Below are positions 26,244-36,228 of a stretch of 41,778 nucleotides of DNA, piece after piece (the first letter of the stretch is position 1; each line of letters begins with the position of its first letter). The position numbers and the translations under genes were made by a program. This stretch comes from a virus. Its lineage: Duplodnaviria; Caudoviricetes. The notes under the pieces were generated by a model that was not told the origin of the DNA, did not search any database, and worked only from the letters and a program-made list of their open reading frames with translations. The stretch spans positions 1 through 41,778 of IMG/VR virus record IMGVR_UViG_3300049051_000014; one strand, written 5' to 3'.

Positions 26244-26552
26244 ATGTACCGAAACCGCAACAGCATGACGGTCACCGCGACCGGCAACAACATCACGACC
26301 GGGGCAGCATCCGCGAATGCGGCACTGCCCCCGGCATCGAGCGGCGAAATTGCGCGCTACTACCGCTTTGCCTGCACCGCCGCCGCACATATCCGCCTGG
26401 GTACTTCCGGCGTGACCGCCGTCGCCACCGACCTGATGCTGGTTCCAGGTGCCGAATTGATCCTCGATCGTCCCCAAGGCCTGACCCATTGGGCAGCCAT
26501 CCAGGACACCGCCGCCGGCACCGTGAATTGCACGCCGCTGGAAGACTGCTAA
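26244..26552 (+). CDS. Small putative structural protein
   Basis: 102 aa, GGGAG RBS, beta-rich. Confidence 0.65.
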   Translation: MYRNRNSMTVTATGNNITTGAASANAALPPASSGEIARYYRFACTAAAHIRLGTSGVTAVATDLMLVPGAELILDRPQGLTHWAAIQDTAAGTVNCTPLEDC

Positions 26553-26562
26553 GGAGACACCA

Positions 26563-27456
26563 ATGAAGAAGATCTTTGCCGCCGTGCTGTTGGCCGGACT
26601 GTCCTGCCTCGCGCTGGCGCAATCCCCATATGCCCTGCGCGTCGATCAGCGCAATTCATCCAACACCGCCTACGTCAGCCGCTTCATCGCGCCCGACACT
26701 TCGATGGACTGCCTGGTTTCGCTGCCATCCACCGCCGCAGGTTCCGTGCCGACTTGCCTGAAGCTGGGCGCCTCGTTCACGGTGGCGTCGGGCATCATCA
26801 ATGTACCGGTGACGACCGGGCCGCAGGGTGCGCCAGGCGAGCCAGGCTTGCAAGGGCCCCAAGGCATCCAAGGCATTCAGGGCATCCAGGGTGAGCAGGG
26901 TATTCAAGGCATCCAGGGGCCGGCCGGCGCCGCTGGGACCACCGACTTCAACGGCCTGACCAATGTTCCCGCCACCTTCGCCCCGAGCGCACACACGCAC
27001 CCGGCCAACCAGGTCAGCGACAGTACCAGCACTGGCCAAGCCCTGATGACGGCAGCCGATGCGGCCGCGGCACGGGCGATCCTGGGCATCCCGGCGCGCA
27101 GCTTCAATTACACCACCCGCAGCCTGAACACCTGCTTCCAGGCTTCAGCGAGCAGGGATGCGCTGGTCACGTATGGCGTGGACATTGCAACTTCCATCAC
27201 CCTGACGGCGGGCCAGCAGGGCACCGTGTACCTGGAGACGTTCTCCGACGTCGATTGCACTGCCGGCGCGCAGGAGATCAGCCGCTTCGTCAACGGCAAT
27301 ACCGGCACGCTGACCGTTGGGCTCGCCCTGTCGCAAAACGTGACAGGCACGCTTACCGGGGTGGTGCCGGCGGGCCGATACATCAAGCTGCGCACCGAAA
27401 ACAACGTCGGCACGCCCACCTTCACTGCGCGCCCAGGCCAGGAGATACTGCTGTGA
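26563..27456 (+). CDS. Collagen-like repeat protein with N-terminal signal peptide
   Basis: [20 protein letters not shown] signal; 14 Gly-X-Y triplets at 26818-26943; FAPSAHTHP fibre motif. Confidence 0.8.
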   Translation: MKKIFAAVLLAGLSCLALAQSPYALRVDQRNSSNTAYVSRFIAPDTSMDCLVSLPSTAAGSVPTCLKLGASFTVASGIINVPVTTGPQGAPGEPGLQGPQGIQGIQGIQGEQGIQGIQGPAGAAGTTDFNGLTNVPATFAPSAHTHPANQVSDSTSTGQALMTAADAAAARAILGIPARSFNYTTRSLNTCFQASASRDALVTYGVDIATSITLTAGQQGTVYLETFSDVDCTAGAQEISRFVNGNTGTLTVGLALSQNVTGTLTGVVPAGRYIKLRTENNVGTPTFTARPGQEILL

Positions 27457-27779
27457 ATCCGGTATTGCAAGCCCGCTTGGCGAAGCGCGCCAGGGATGCG
27501 GTGCATACCCGCATCCATGTGCATGGCGAGACGACCACCTTCGAACGCATCCAGGACTGCACGCCGATCGTGGAGCATGCCCAGGCACTGCACAAAGAGG
27601 GCTTCCACGGCAGCACAGAAATGCGCCATGCGGCCAGCCTGCCGCTGGTTATCATCGAGAAGTATTGCAACGAGCAGAACATCGATCTCCGCGAGTTCAT
27701 GTGTAACCCGGACCATATCCGGCGCGTGGTGAACAATCCGGACAACTCGATGTTCCGCATCTGGCCGGGGAGAATTTGA
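27453..27779 (+). CDS. Conserved podophage hypothetical protein
   Basis: GTG start; QDCTPIVEH...[14 protein letters not shown]...[15 protein letters not shown]. Confidence 0.7.
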   Translation: MNPVLQARLAKRARDAVHTRIHVHGETTTFERIQDCTPIVEHAQALHKEGFHGSTEMRHAASLPLVIIEKYCNEQNIDLREFMCNPDHIRRVVNNPDNSMFRIWPGRI

Positions 27780-28390
27780 TGGCCCTGACCAACTACACGG
27801 AGCTGCAGGCCGCCGTCGCGAACTGGATGCACCGATCGAACCTGACGGGCGATGTTCCCGACTTCATCACCCTGGCCGAAAACCGCATTCGCGCCCTGCT
27901 TGACTCGCGCCTGCAAAAGGCAGTCGTAGCGATCGACACCACGGCCGGCGTGGAATACATGAGCCTGCCGAGCGACCTGCTCCATGTCAAATCGCTGTCC
28001 ATCCCGACCGTCAACCCGCGCTTGGACTATATGGCGCCGGATGTCTTCAACCAGAATTTCGGGATGGGCGTGGCCGGCGCGCCGCGCTGCTACACCATCA
28101 TCGGCGACCTACTTTACCTGGGGCCGACCCCGGACGCGGTGTACACCATCATGGCTACCCTGTCGTCCGAATTCGCTCCGCTCAGCGCCTCCTCGACCAC
28201 CAACACGCTGCTGGCGAAGTGGCCGAATGTGTACCTGTGGGGCGCGCTGGTCGAGGCAGCCAAGTTCTGCAAGGACATGGAAATGCGGGCGCAGTTCGAC
28301 GCCGACTTCCTCACCGCCATGGATGGCGTCAACCGTGTCGACTGGAACGCTCCCGGCGCGATGACGGTCCGCACTGACCTGCTGGTGTAG
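27779..28390 (+). CDS. Head-tail adaptor / tail tubular protein A-like
   Basis: YTELQAAVANWMHRSNL...DFITLAE...LGPTPD...YLWGALVEA. Confidence 0.78.
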   Translation: MALTNYTELQAAVANWMHRSNLTGDVPDFITLAENRIRALLDSRLQKAVVAIDTTAGVEYMSLPSDLLHVKSLSIPTVNPRLDYMAPDVFNQNFGMGVAGAPRCYTIIGDLLYLGPTPDAVYTIMATLSSEFAPLSASSTTNTLLAKWPNVYLWGALVEAAKFCKDMEMRAQFDADFLTAMDGVNRVDWNAPGAMTVRTDLLV

Positions 28391-28392
28391 CC

Positions 28393-28602
28393 ATGATCGC
28401 CTTCGAAACCATGCAGGTCGGCGACGTGCATGACCTCCCCGCACGCTGGATTCCTGACGCGCGCGCGGAATTCAACCGCGCTTTGGCCTATGCCAACGAG
28501 ACGGGCGGCAAGGTGCAATTCGTGATCGACAACATCCCGCTGGCGCCCGAGCAGATCACGGGTCCCGATAAACACCGCTACACCATCACGAGGGTCCAAT
28601 AA
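28393..28602 (+). CDS. Small hypothetical protein
   Basis: 69 aa ORF packed between adaptor and fibre genes. Confidence 0.55.
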   Translation: MIAFETMQVGDVHDLPARWIPDARAEFNRALAYANETGGKVQFVIDNIPLAPEQITGPDKHRYTITRVQ

Positions 28603-30500
28603 TGGCACTGGAAACCGCAATCTACGTCAACCAGCTGGTGCCGGCCAACCCGCCCGGATCCGACCCCAAGAGCCAGGGCGACGACCATATCCGGCTGCTG
28701 AAATCGGTGATGCAAAACACCTGGCCCGCGCTGACCGGCGCCGTCACGGTCGGCCAGGGCGTCATCAACTTCCTGTCGGGCGCCACCAGCAATATCCAGA
28801 CCCAGCTGAACGACAAGGCCTCGCTGACGGGCACGAACGTCTGGTCCGGTACCAACACCTTCAACGGCCAGACGAACCTGCCGACCCTGACGCAGATCGG
28901 GTCCACCGGCTACCTGCAGATCAGCTACATCAACACGCTGACCAGCAATGTGCAGGACCAGATCAACAATATGACGGCAACGCTGCAGGACATGGTGGAC
29001 GACGCGATCGCCGCGCTGGCCGGCCAGGTGTTCGAAAACGCCCCATGGACCACCCTGATCGCCGGCGAGCCGATCCAGATCGGGGACGCTGTGAGCCAGG
29101 CGATCGACGGCCGCATGTACTGGGCCGCACCGCCGGCAGTCGATCAGACGCGCCCGCTGAACCTGACCGGCGCCACCGCGCTGTCGACGCAGCTGTGGGC
29201 CTTCGCCGCGAATGCATCGAGCTCCGCGCACCGGATTTGCCAGCTCCCGACCGGCAATATCGTCATCGGCTACACGGTGAGCGGCGCCGTGCCCAAATGG
29301 GTACAGATCAACTCCAGCGGCGCGCAGACCATCGCGGAAACCAATCTCCCGAGCGCGCCGGTGAGCGACCCGGTGCAATCTATTGTCCCGCTCGGGACGG
29401 ATGGCAAATTCGTCGTGCTGTATGGCTCGCTGGCCGGCCCAGGGAACGTCTGGGCGCAGTCTTACACCGCTGCTGGCGCCACGCTGACCTCGGTGAACTT
29501 CGGCAATGCAAATTCCATCTGCATGTGCCGTCTATCGGATGGTTCGGTGGCGGTGATGCGTGCGGTCCGAAATTCCAACACCCAGGTTAGCCTGTTCAAT
29601 GCTTCGACCGGCGCAGTGACCACAATCACGGTGCTGACCCATGCCAGCGATGCCAACCCGGTTGCGCGCCTGACGCCCATTGCGGCTGGTGGCTTCAATG
29701 TGTTCAGCAAGAACACCGCCACCTTGAACATGGAGATGCGAACTTTCAATAACGCTGGCGTTTTGCAGGCGACGGTCACGGTTGGCACCAATCTCAACCA
29801 TAATCAACTGTATGGCTTGCGCGATGGCCGTTGCATGACCACTGACAATGCAACAACGATGCGCATGGTGACGAATGCCGGCGCGGTCTTGTGGACGGCC
29901 ACGGCGCCATTCTCCGGCCCGAATGGCTTCACCGACAGCGCCAATGGGACCTTCGGCTACAACCGCACCGGCACCCCGGCGCGCATCTTCCATGTGTCGT
30001 CGGATGGCCTGACGGTTACCTCTGCACTCTCGACCAACGCAGGCGCGGCGATGATGGCTCCGGCGGTGATCGACAACGGGTATCTGGCCGTGGTGCAGGG
30101 CAACCCGACCTTCCGCTACCTGATCGATACCGCCTGCAATGTCATCACTTCGGACGCTACCGGCACGATTGACGATGATCTGTCCGCCGGCCTCGGCTTC
30201 AACGACATTCTGGACTTCTCGGTGTCGAGCAACGACCGGCAGCCGATGCTGGGCTTCTACCAGGTTACCTCGGGCGACTCGGTCCGCCTGACCCATGCCA
30301 TCGGCAACCGCTCGCCGGAAGGCTGCGCCACCACAGCGGCGTTCCAGCGCGGCGACAACTTCAACGTGCAGATCGGCGGCTACTTCAACCCGACCCGCAT
30401 CACCACCTGGAACACCACCTTCGACGCCCGGGCGAACGCGATTCCGGGCCAAAAAGGCTCGATTCTCGGCACCACAGCAACCTTCCAAGGACTCAGCTAA
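28602..30500 (+). CDS. Tail fibre / receptor-binding protein
   Basis: N-terminal anchor MALETAIYVNQLVPANP..DPKSQGDDHIRLLKS, coiled coil, long beta-rich C-terminus. Confidence 0.75.
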   Translation: MALETAIYVNQLVPANPPGSDPKSQGDDHIRLLKSVMQNTWPALTGAVTVGQGVINFLSGATSNIQTQLNDKASLTGTNVWSGTNTFNGQTNLPTLTQIGSTGYLQISYINTLTSNVQDQINNMTATLQDMVDDAIAALAGQVFENAPWTTLIAGEPIQIGDAVSQAIDGRMYWAAPPAVDQTRPLNLTGATALSTQLWAFAANASSSAHRICQLPTGNIVIGYTVSGAVPKWVQINSSGAQTIAETNLPSAPVSDPVQSIVPLGTDGKFVVLYGSLAGPGNVWAQSYTAAGATLTSVNFGNANSICMCRLSDGSVAVMRAVRNSNTQVSLFNASTGAVTTITVLTHASDANPVARLTPIAAGGFNVFSKNTATLNMEMRTFNNAGVLQATVTVGTNLNHNQLYGLRDGRCMTTDNATTMRMVTNAGAVLWTATAPFSGPNGFTDSANGTFGYNRTGTPARIFHVSSDGLTVTSALSTNAGAAMMAPAVIDNGYLAVVQGNPTFRYLIDTACNVITSDATGTIDDDLSAGLGFNDILDFSVSSNDRQPMLGFYQVTSGDSVRLTHAIGNRSPEGCATTAAFQRGDNFNVQIGGYFNPTRITTWNTTFDARANAIPGQKGSILGTTATFQGLS

Positions 30501-31028
30501 ATGAACTACTACCTCATCCCTGCCGCCGTGGGCAATTACGTCGCCTGCGGCACCACCCCGCCTTCCTACGACAACACCACCCACCTGTGGACGCTGGCCA
30601 ATGGCAACCGCATCGCGGCAATGCCTGGCGACTATACGCTGGTGGACGACAGTTCCAACAATCCCGAGCTGCTCGCTGCCGTGAAGGACGAAAAGAAGGG
30701 CGCGGTCACTGCGCTGCGCTACGAGAAGGAGACGCAGGGCATCGTGGTCAACGGCGCGCACATCGCAACCACCCTGCACGACCAGTCGCGCATCACCGGC
30801 GCGAAGGCCTATGTCGACCTGCGCCCCGACGCAACCATCCAGTGGAAGACGGACACCGGCGTGTGGGTCACGAGAACCGCTGCCGAGATTCTGGCTCTGG
30901 CCGGCGCAGTAGGTGACCATGTGCAGGCGCTCTTCACCGCCGAGTGCACCCACCATGCAGCCATCGAGGCGCTGAACACCCTGGCCGGCCTGGCCGCATA
31001 TGACATCACCACCGGCTGGCCGGCATGA
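30501..31028 (+). CDS. Tail-fibre-associated protein (DUF4376-like)
   Basis: ALRYEKETQGIVVNG...IQWKT...HVQALFTAE...GWP pattern. Confidence 0.7.
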   Translation: MNYYLIPAAVGNYVACGTTPPSYDNTTHLWTLANGNRIAAMPGDYTLVDDSSNNPELLAAVKDEKKGAVTALRYEKETQGIVVNGAHIATTLHDQSRITGAKAYVDLRPDATIQWKTDTGVWVTRTAAEILALAGAVGDHVQALFTAECTHHAAIEALNTLAGLAAYDITTGWPA

Positions 31029-31273
31029 AGCAGTTCCTGATCGCGGTCGACCAGCTGTTCAACGTGACGCTGTTCTTCCTGCCTGGCGGCATCTGGGCGG
31101 ATGAAACGCTGTCGGCGCGGTCGTGGCGGATGCGCCAGGCGAAGCCGTTCACCTGGTTGCAGCCGCTGATCGACCGCCTGTTCTTCTGGGACACCAACCA
31201 CTGCCAGTCCAGCTATGAATCGGAGCGGAAGCGGCTGCAGCTGCCGCCGGAGGAACGGCAATGCCATATGTGA
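31025..31273 (+). CDS. Conserved small phage protein
   Basis: LIAVDQLFN...ADETLSARSWR...IDRLFFWDTNHC. Confidence 0.7.
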   Translation: MKQFLIAVDQLFNVTLFFLPGGIWADETLSARSWRMRQAKPFTWLQPLIDRLFFWDTNHCQSSYESERKRLQLPPEERQCHM

Positions 31274-32829
31274 AGTTCCCGAACTGCGGCGCCGTGGGCG
31301 TGGTCAAAGACCTGTCGAAGCACGAGTTGCCGATCAATGCCTGGACGGACGCGAACAACGTGCGCTTCCTGGATGGCTATGCGCACTGGTTTTACGGCCA
31401 TGGCGCGGTTTATGGCGCGCCACCGGTGATTCCGTACCACCTGCTGCCCATAAACGTCGGAGCGGCCCGCTATTGGCTCTACGCGGGTGCCCAGAAAATC
31501 TACGCTGTCACCGTCAGCGGCGGCGCGGCGGTGCACACCAACCTGACGCGCCAGAGCGCCGGCGTGGACGTGAACTACACCGGCACGCCGAATGCCTGGA
31601 CCAGCACCAGCCTGTCCGGCATCCCGATTTTCAATGCCGGCAACACCGTCGACCCGCCGCAGATGTGGGATCTGAACCCGGCCAACCGCATGACGACCCT
31701 GACCGCCTGGCCGGCGAATACGTTCTGCAAGTCCCTACGCACCTACAAGGGCTTCCTGGTGGCGCTGAACGTGACCGCCGCTGGCGTGAACAAGCCGTTC
31801 ATGGTGAAGTGGTCCGATGTGGCAGCGCCTGGCGCCGTGCCGGCCAGCTGGGACCCCGCCGACGCGACGCGGATGGCCGGCGAGAATGACCTGGCCGAGG
31901 GCGGCGACCCCGTGCAGGACGGTCTGCAGCTGCGCGACTACTTCATGATCTACAAGGAGGCCAGTGTCTGGCGCATGTCGTTCATCGGCGGCCAGAACGT
32001 GATGTCGTTCCAGAAGGTGCTGGGCATCAGCGGCGCCCTGAACCGCAACTGCATCGTGGAGGTTGACGGCTTCCACTTCGTCCTGACCTCGTCGGACGTG
32101 ATCGTGCACGACGGCGAGACTGCGCGCTCGGTGCTGGACAAGGAGGCGCGCCGCGCGCTGTTCGATGACTTCGATGCGGCCGCCAAGGACCGCGCTTTCG
32201 TGTTCAAGAATCCGTACCGCAACGAGGTCTTCGTCTGCTACGCCAGCATCAACAACAGCATCCCGAACAAGGCGCTGGTCTGGAACTACCGCGATAACAC
32301 GGTGTCCTACCGCGAGATCCCGGCGCTGCACCATGCCAACTACGGCGCGGTGGACGACAGCCTGGCCGACAGCTGGGATTCCGATTCGGACAGCTGGGAC
32401 TCCGACCTGTCCGCCTGGAACGGCCCGGGGTCGACGCCGAACACCGCCCGCGTGCTGATGGCGCCGAACCAAACGAAGCTCTACCTGCTGGACTCGGCAG
32501 CCACGTTCGATGGCGTCAAGCCATCCTGCTACCTGGAGCGCGTCGGGCTCGACTTCGGCGAAGCGGACAAGATCAAGCTGGTGCGCGGCGTGCGGCCGCG
32601 CATCACCGGCAACGTCGGCAGTACGGTGCTGGTCAAGATCGGATCCCAGAACGATCCGTATGAAGACCCCGTCTACACGACCATGACCCATACCATCGGC
32701 CAGACCGTGCACAACGACTGCTTTGTGTCGGGGCGCTACATCGCCGTGCGCCTGGAGAGCGGCACGGCCTACACCGCGAGGATCGATTCCTTCGACCTCG
32801 ATATCGTCCTTGCAGGGGAATACCCATGA
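31261..32829 (+). CDS. Tail nozzle / DNA-stabilisation protein (tubular protein B, P22 gp10-like)
   Basis: 522 aa beta-propeller-like; position in podovirus tail cluster. Confidence 0.7.
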   Translation: MPYVKFPNCGAVGVVKDLSKHELPINAWTDANNVRFLDGYAHWFYGHGAVYGAPPVIPYHLLPINVGAARYWLYAGAQKIYAVTVSGGAAVHTNLTRQSAGVDVNYTGTPNAWTSTSLSGIPIFNAGNTVDPPQMWDLNPANRMTTLTAWPANTFCKSLRTYKGFLVALNVTAAGVNKPFMVKWSDVAAPGAVPASWDPADATRMAGENDLAEGGDPVQDGLQLRDYFMIYKEASVWRMSFIGGQNVMSFQKVLGISGALNRNCIVEVDGFHFVLTSSDVIVHDGETARSVLDKEARRALFDDFDAAAKDRAFVFKNPYRNEVFVCYASINNSIPNKALVWNYRDNTVSYREIPALHHANYGAVDDSLADSWDSDSDSWDSDLSAWNGPGSTPNTARVLMAPNQTKLYLLDSAATFDGVKPSCYLERVGLDFGEADKIKLVRGVRPRITGNVGSTVLVKIGSQNDPYEDPVYTTMTHTIGQTVHNDCFVSGRYIAVRLESGTAYTARIDSFDLDIVLAGEYP

Positions 32830-33098
32830 CCGTTATCAACCGCAACAGCCCAAAGTACGCGCCCGGACCGGTTCCGACCGATCCGAAAGACCTGCCACGC
32901 TACCTGTCCGAGGAATTCAACAAGATTTCGGCGTCGATTGGCCTGCTGGCCGACGGGCAGATGGAAGTTACATACAAGGCGCCGACAAGGCTCGGCCCGG
33001 GCATGCTCCGGCTCGCCGATGGGACCAGCTGGAACCCGGGCGGCGGCGAGGGGCTTTACCGGCGCACGCTGGCCGGCGCATGGGTGCTGGTCGGATGA
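32826..33098 (+). CDS. Small tail-region protein
   Basis: YLSEEFNKIS...ADGTSWNPGGGEGLY; ATGA overlap. Confidence 0.65.
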   Translation: MTVINRNSPKYAPGPVPTDPKDLPRYLSEEFNKISASIGLLADGQMEVTYKAPTRLGPGMLRLADGTSWNPGGGEGLYRRTLAGAWVLVG

Positions 33099-33688
33099 TG
33101 AACATCAAGCTCAAATACAGCGGCGCGCTGGCGCATCCCGTGCTGGATGAAGCACAAAAGATGTGCGCGTGGCTGCGGCACTTCGCCGCCAATCTGCCGG
33201 CCGAAACTGCCAACGGCGAGCGCATCCCCTGCGCCGTGCCGCCCGAGCAGGTCCGCGCCCTGATTTGCGGGCTGGAGCAGCACATGCGAGCGGAGCAGGA
33301 ATCCGGGAATTCGCCGGCGTTCGATGTGCAGGAAGGAATGCCGCTGAAACACCTGTTCGCACCTGGTGCCTATGGACGCCAGATCACCGTGCCAAAAGAT
33401 CACTGGGTGATCGGCAAGATCCACAAGCACGCGCACTTGAATTTCCTGATGCAGGGCCGCGTGGCGGTGCTGACGGAGGACGGCCTGATGGTCATGCAAG
33501 CGCCGTTTTCGTTCGTCTCTCGGCCGGGTGCCAAGCGGCTAGTACTGGCGCTGGAGGAAACGGTGTGGGCCACGGTACACCTGACCAGCGAAACCGACCT
33601 GTCCCGCATCGAGGATGAAGTGATCGCCAAGGACTACAGCGAAGTGCCGCAAATTGAATTGCAGAACGTGAAGGAGTTGATGCTATGA
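33095..33688 (+). CDS. Cupin-fold phage protein
   Basis: HLFAPGAYGRQITVP...GKIHKHAHLNFLMQG...PGAKR...WATVH. Confidence 0.65.
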   Translation: MMNIKLKYSGALAHPVLDEAQKMCAWLRHFAANLPAETANGERIPCAVPPEQVRALICGLEQHMRAEQESGNSPAFDVQEGMPLKHLFAPGAYGRQITVPKDHWVIGKIHKHAHLNFLMQGRVAVLTEDGLMVMQAPFSFVSRPGAKRLVLALEETVWATVHLTSETDLSRIEDEVIAKDYSEVPQIELQNVKELML

Positions 33689-34980
33689 GCTGGGGAGCAA
33701 TTGGGGGCGCCGCCATTGGCGCAGCGGGCAGCTATCTGTCGAGCAGGAATGCGGGGAAAGGCCAGCAATCGACGCAGCAAGAGCAACTGGACCCGCGCAT
33801 CGCATCGATGCTGTTCGGGGATAGCAATAACGGCCTGCTTGGCCAGTTCCAAGGCTTCCTGAACCAGCCGGAAGGCGTGACTAGTTCAGCGCTCGGCAAT
33901 CTCGCGCGCCAGTACCTGCTGAATGGCTCTGCCGGCTCCGATCTGGACGCTATCCGCCAGAACAGCCTGAACCTGATGCGCGGCAACCAGGCGCCGGTGG
34001 CCACGGCGGTCACGGCCAGCAATCCCATGTGGGTGACGACGCCCAAGGCGCAGGCAGCCCAGATCACGGCGCCGGGCCAGAACAACATCGACCTGACCGG
34101 GGCGTTCCAGAACTTCCTGGCAGGCGGCATGGGCGCGGCGGAAAACCCGTACCTGACGAAATCCTTGCAGGCCGGCGCCGACCTGGCGAATGCGAACTTC
34201 CGCACCAACCTGGGTGACCTGACCGATACCCTGCAGCGCCGGATTCTGCCAGGCCTGCGCGACAGCGCCATCGGCGCCGGCCAGTATGGCGGCTCCCGCC
34301 AGGGTATCGCCGAGGGCAACGCGCTGTCTGACTTCACCCGCCAGGCGACCGACGCGGCGGGCAAGCTGGGCCTGGCCAACAGCGCCAACATGATCGGCGC
34401 CCAGGCCGGGCAGTTCGACGCCGGGCAGAATCGTGCGCTCTCTGCGCTGACCAACCTGTCGGGCCAGCAGTACGGCGTGGCCGGCCAGAACGCAGCGTTC
34501 CGGCAGCAGGCCAACCTGGGCAACGCGGACACCGACCTCCGCGCGCAGCTGGCCAACCAGAACGCCGGCAACACTTTCACCCTGTCCAACCGCGACGCGC
34601 TGAATCAGTTTGGCCTGGCCAACCAGGGTGCGCAGCTGCAAACGAACGCGCAGAACAATGCCGCCGGCATCGCAGGCGCCGGCTCGCTGCAAAGCCTGCT
34701 TTCGCAGCTTGGCGCCTTCGGCAACGCGTCGGACAACTACGGCATCACTCGCGCTGGCCAGGTGGCCGGCCTGCTGTCGCCGTTCATCACCGCCAATTCG
34801 TCAAGGACGACCACGGAGCCGCTGTACCAGAACACGGCTGCGAACGTGCTGGGCGGCGCCGGCGCAGGCCTGAGCCTTTATAACCAATTCAAAAATCTGT
34901 TCGGCAGCGGCACAACCGCACCTGCGAATAGCGGAAACGGAATTGCTAGCGCATTCAATTACTTAGGCTATCAGGGTTAA
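33685..34980 (+). CDS. DNA ejection / internal virion protein 1
   Basis: Gly/Ala-rich N-terminus, GQYGGSRQGIAEG motif, N/Q/A-rich. Confidence 0.7.
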   Translation: MSWGAIGGAAIGAAGSYLSSRNAGKGQQSTQQEQLDPRIASMLFGDSNNGLLGQFQGFLNQPEGVTSSALGNLARQYLLNGSAGSDLDAIRQNSLNLMRGNQAPVATAVTASNPMWVTTPKAQAAQITAPGQNNIDLTGAFQNFLAGGMGAAENPYLTKSLQAGADLANANFRTNLGDLTDTLQRRILPGLRDSAIGAGQYGGSRQGIAEGNALSDFTRQATDAAGKLGLANSANMIGAQAGQFDAGQNRALSALTNLSGQQYGVAGQNAAFRQQANLGNADTDLRAQLANQNAGNTFTLSNRDALNQFGLANQGAQLQTNAQNNAAGIAGAGSLQSLLSQLGAFGNASDNYGITRAGQVAGLLSPFITANSSRTTTEPLYQNTAANVLGGAGAGLSLYNQFKNLFGSGTTAPANSGNGIASAFNYLGYQG

Positions 34981-34983
34981 ACC

Positions 34984-36228
34984 ATGGGACTTCTCGACCA
35001 ACTGAGCAATCTTTCCCCAGACCAGAGCCAGGGCCTGCTGGGCATGGCCGCCGCGCTGCTGCAGGCCGGCGGCCCTTCGCGCACGCCCGTCGGCTTCGGC
35101 CAGGCTCTCGGAGCTGGCCTGCAGGGCTTCCAGCAGGGCGTGAACGATTCGGAGCAGCGCCGGTACCTGCGCGAGCAGCAGGCGCTGCAATCCCGTCTGC
35201 TTGGATTCAAGGTGAAGGATGCGGAATCCGACCTGGCCAACCAGCAAGCGCTGCGTGATCGCGCAGCCCGGCTGCAGCAGTTCTACATGGGCGACTCGGC
35301 CGCTTCGCCGACGATGCCAAGCATGGCGCCGACCGTGGAGAATGCGGAAAAGCTGGCGGCGCAGCAGCAATCGGGTGGCGGCAGCTCTGGCCTCTACTCG
35401 CGGCGCCTGGCGCAAGCCGAGCGCCTGCGCGCCGCAGGCTTCGTCCCAGAGGCTGATGCAGCCGAGGCGTCGGCACTGAAATTCCAGCCGAAGGTCAAGG
35501 GCTGGGAGAAAGTGCAGCAGGATGGCCGCGTGCTGCTGGCGCCGTACTTTGAAGATGGCAGCGTGGGCAAGCCGGTCCCGATGGAGGTGGCAGAGAAGCT
35601 CATGGAAGTGAACAGCGGTGGCCGCACTGACCTCGTAAATTCGTTCACCGGCGCACCAGTACGGTCGCTGGCACGCACCGCAACGCCGGATGCCCTGCTC
35701 TCGGCGGCCACCGCGCGGCGCGGCCAGGACATGACTTTCCAGACCGCCGGGCTCGATCGTGCGCAGCGCGCCCTGGCGGAAAAGGCTCCCACGGAATTCC
35801 AGGGCAAGTCCGCGGCGTTCGGCCTGCGTGCGGAGGAAGCGGACAAAATCCTGAACAGCCTGCAGGGGCAATACCGTCCGGCTGCGATCAACTCCAAGCT
35901 GGCAGTGCAGCAAACCCCATTGATCGGGGGCGCGCTCGGCGCGGCGACGAACTTCGGGCTGACGGACGCTGACCAGCAGGCAGAGCAGGCGCAACGCGAT
36001 TTCGTCAACGCCATCCTGCGCCAGGAGTCCGGCGCTGCAATCGGGGCGCAGGAATTCGACAACGCGCGCAAGCAGTACTTCCCGCAGCCAGGTGATTCCC
36101 AGGCCGTGATTGCGCAGAAGGCACGCAATCGCCAGCTGGCCATCCAAGGCCTGAACACCAACGCCGGGAAGGCGCGCATGACGGCGCCGGCAGCGGGCGG
36201 CTGGTCGATCCAACGCGTGGGGGAATGA
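34984..36228 (+). CDS. DNA ejection / internal virion protein 2
   Basis: MGLLD start, AILRQESGAAI...YFPQPGD motif. Confidence 0.65.
   Translation: MGLLDQLSNLSPDQSQGLLGMAAALLQAGGPSRTPVGFGQALGAGLQGFQQGVNDSEQRRYLREQQALQSRLLGFKVKDAESDLANQQALRDRAARLQQFYMGDSAASPTMPSMAPTVENAEKLAAQQQSGGGSSGLYSRRLAQAERLRAAGFVPEADAAEASALKFQPKVKGWEKVQQDGRVLLAPYFEDGSVGKPVPMEVAEKLMEVNSGGRTDLVNSFTGAPVRSLARTATPDALLSAATARRGQDMTFQTAGLDRAQRALAEKAPTEFQGKSAAFGLRAEEADKILNSLQGQYRPAAINSKLAVQQTPLIGGALGAATNFGLTDADQQAEQAQRDFVNAILRQESGAAIGAQEFDNARKQYFPQPGDSQAVIAQKARNRQLAIQGLNTNAGKARMTAPAAGGWSIQRVGE

Noticed and set aside
26818-26943. 9-bp periodic repeats as possible CRISPR or VNTR
   Set aside because: Explained by collagen Gly-X-Y codons; no spacers
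28602-30500. Tail fibre as a third DGR target
   Set aside because: No TR-like sequence, no GTCGGGTTCCGCTG end and no downstream hairpin seen by eye
32365-32420. SWDSDSDSWDSD repeat in tail nozzle gene
   Set aside because: Short low-complexity coding repeat; not an array or VR
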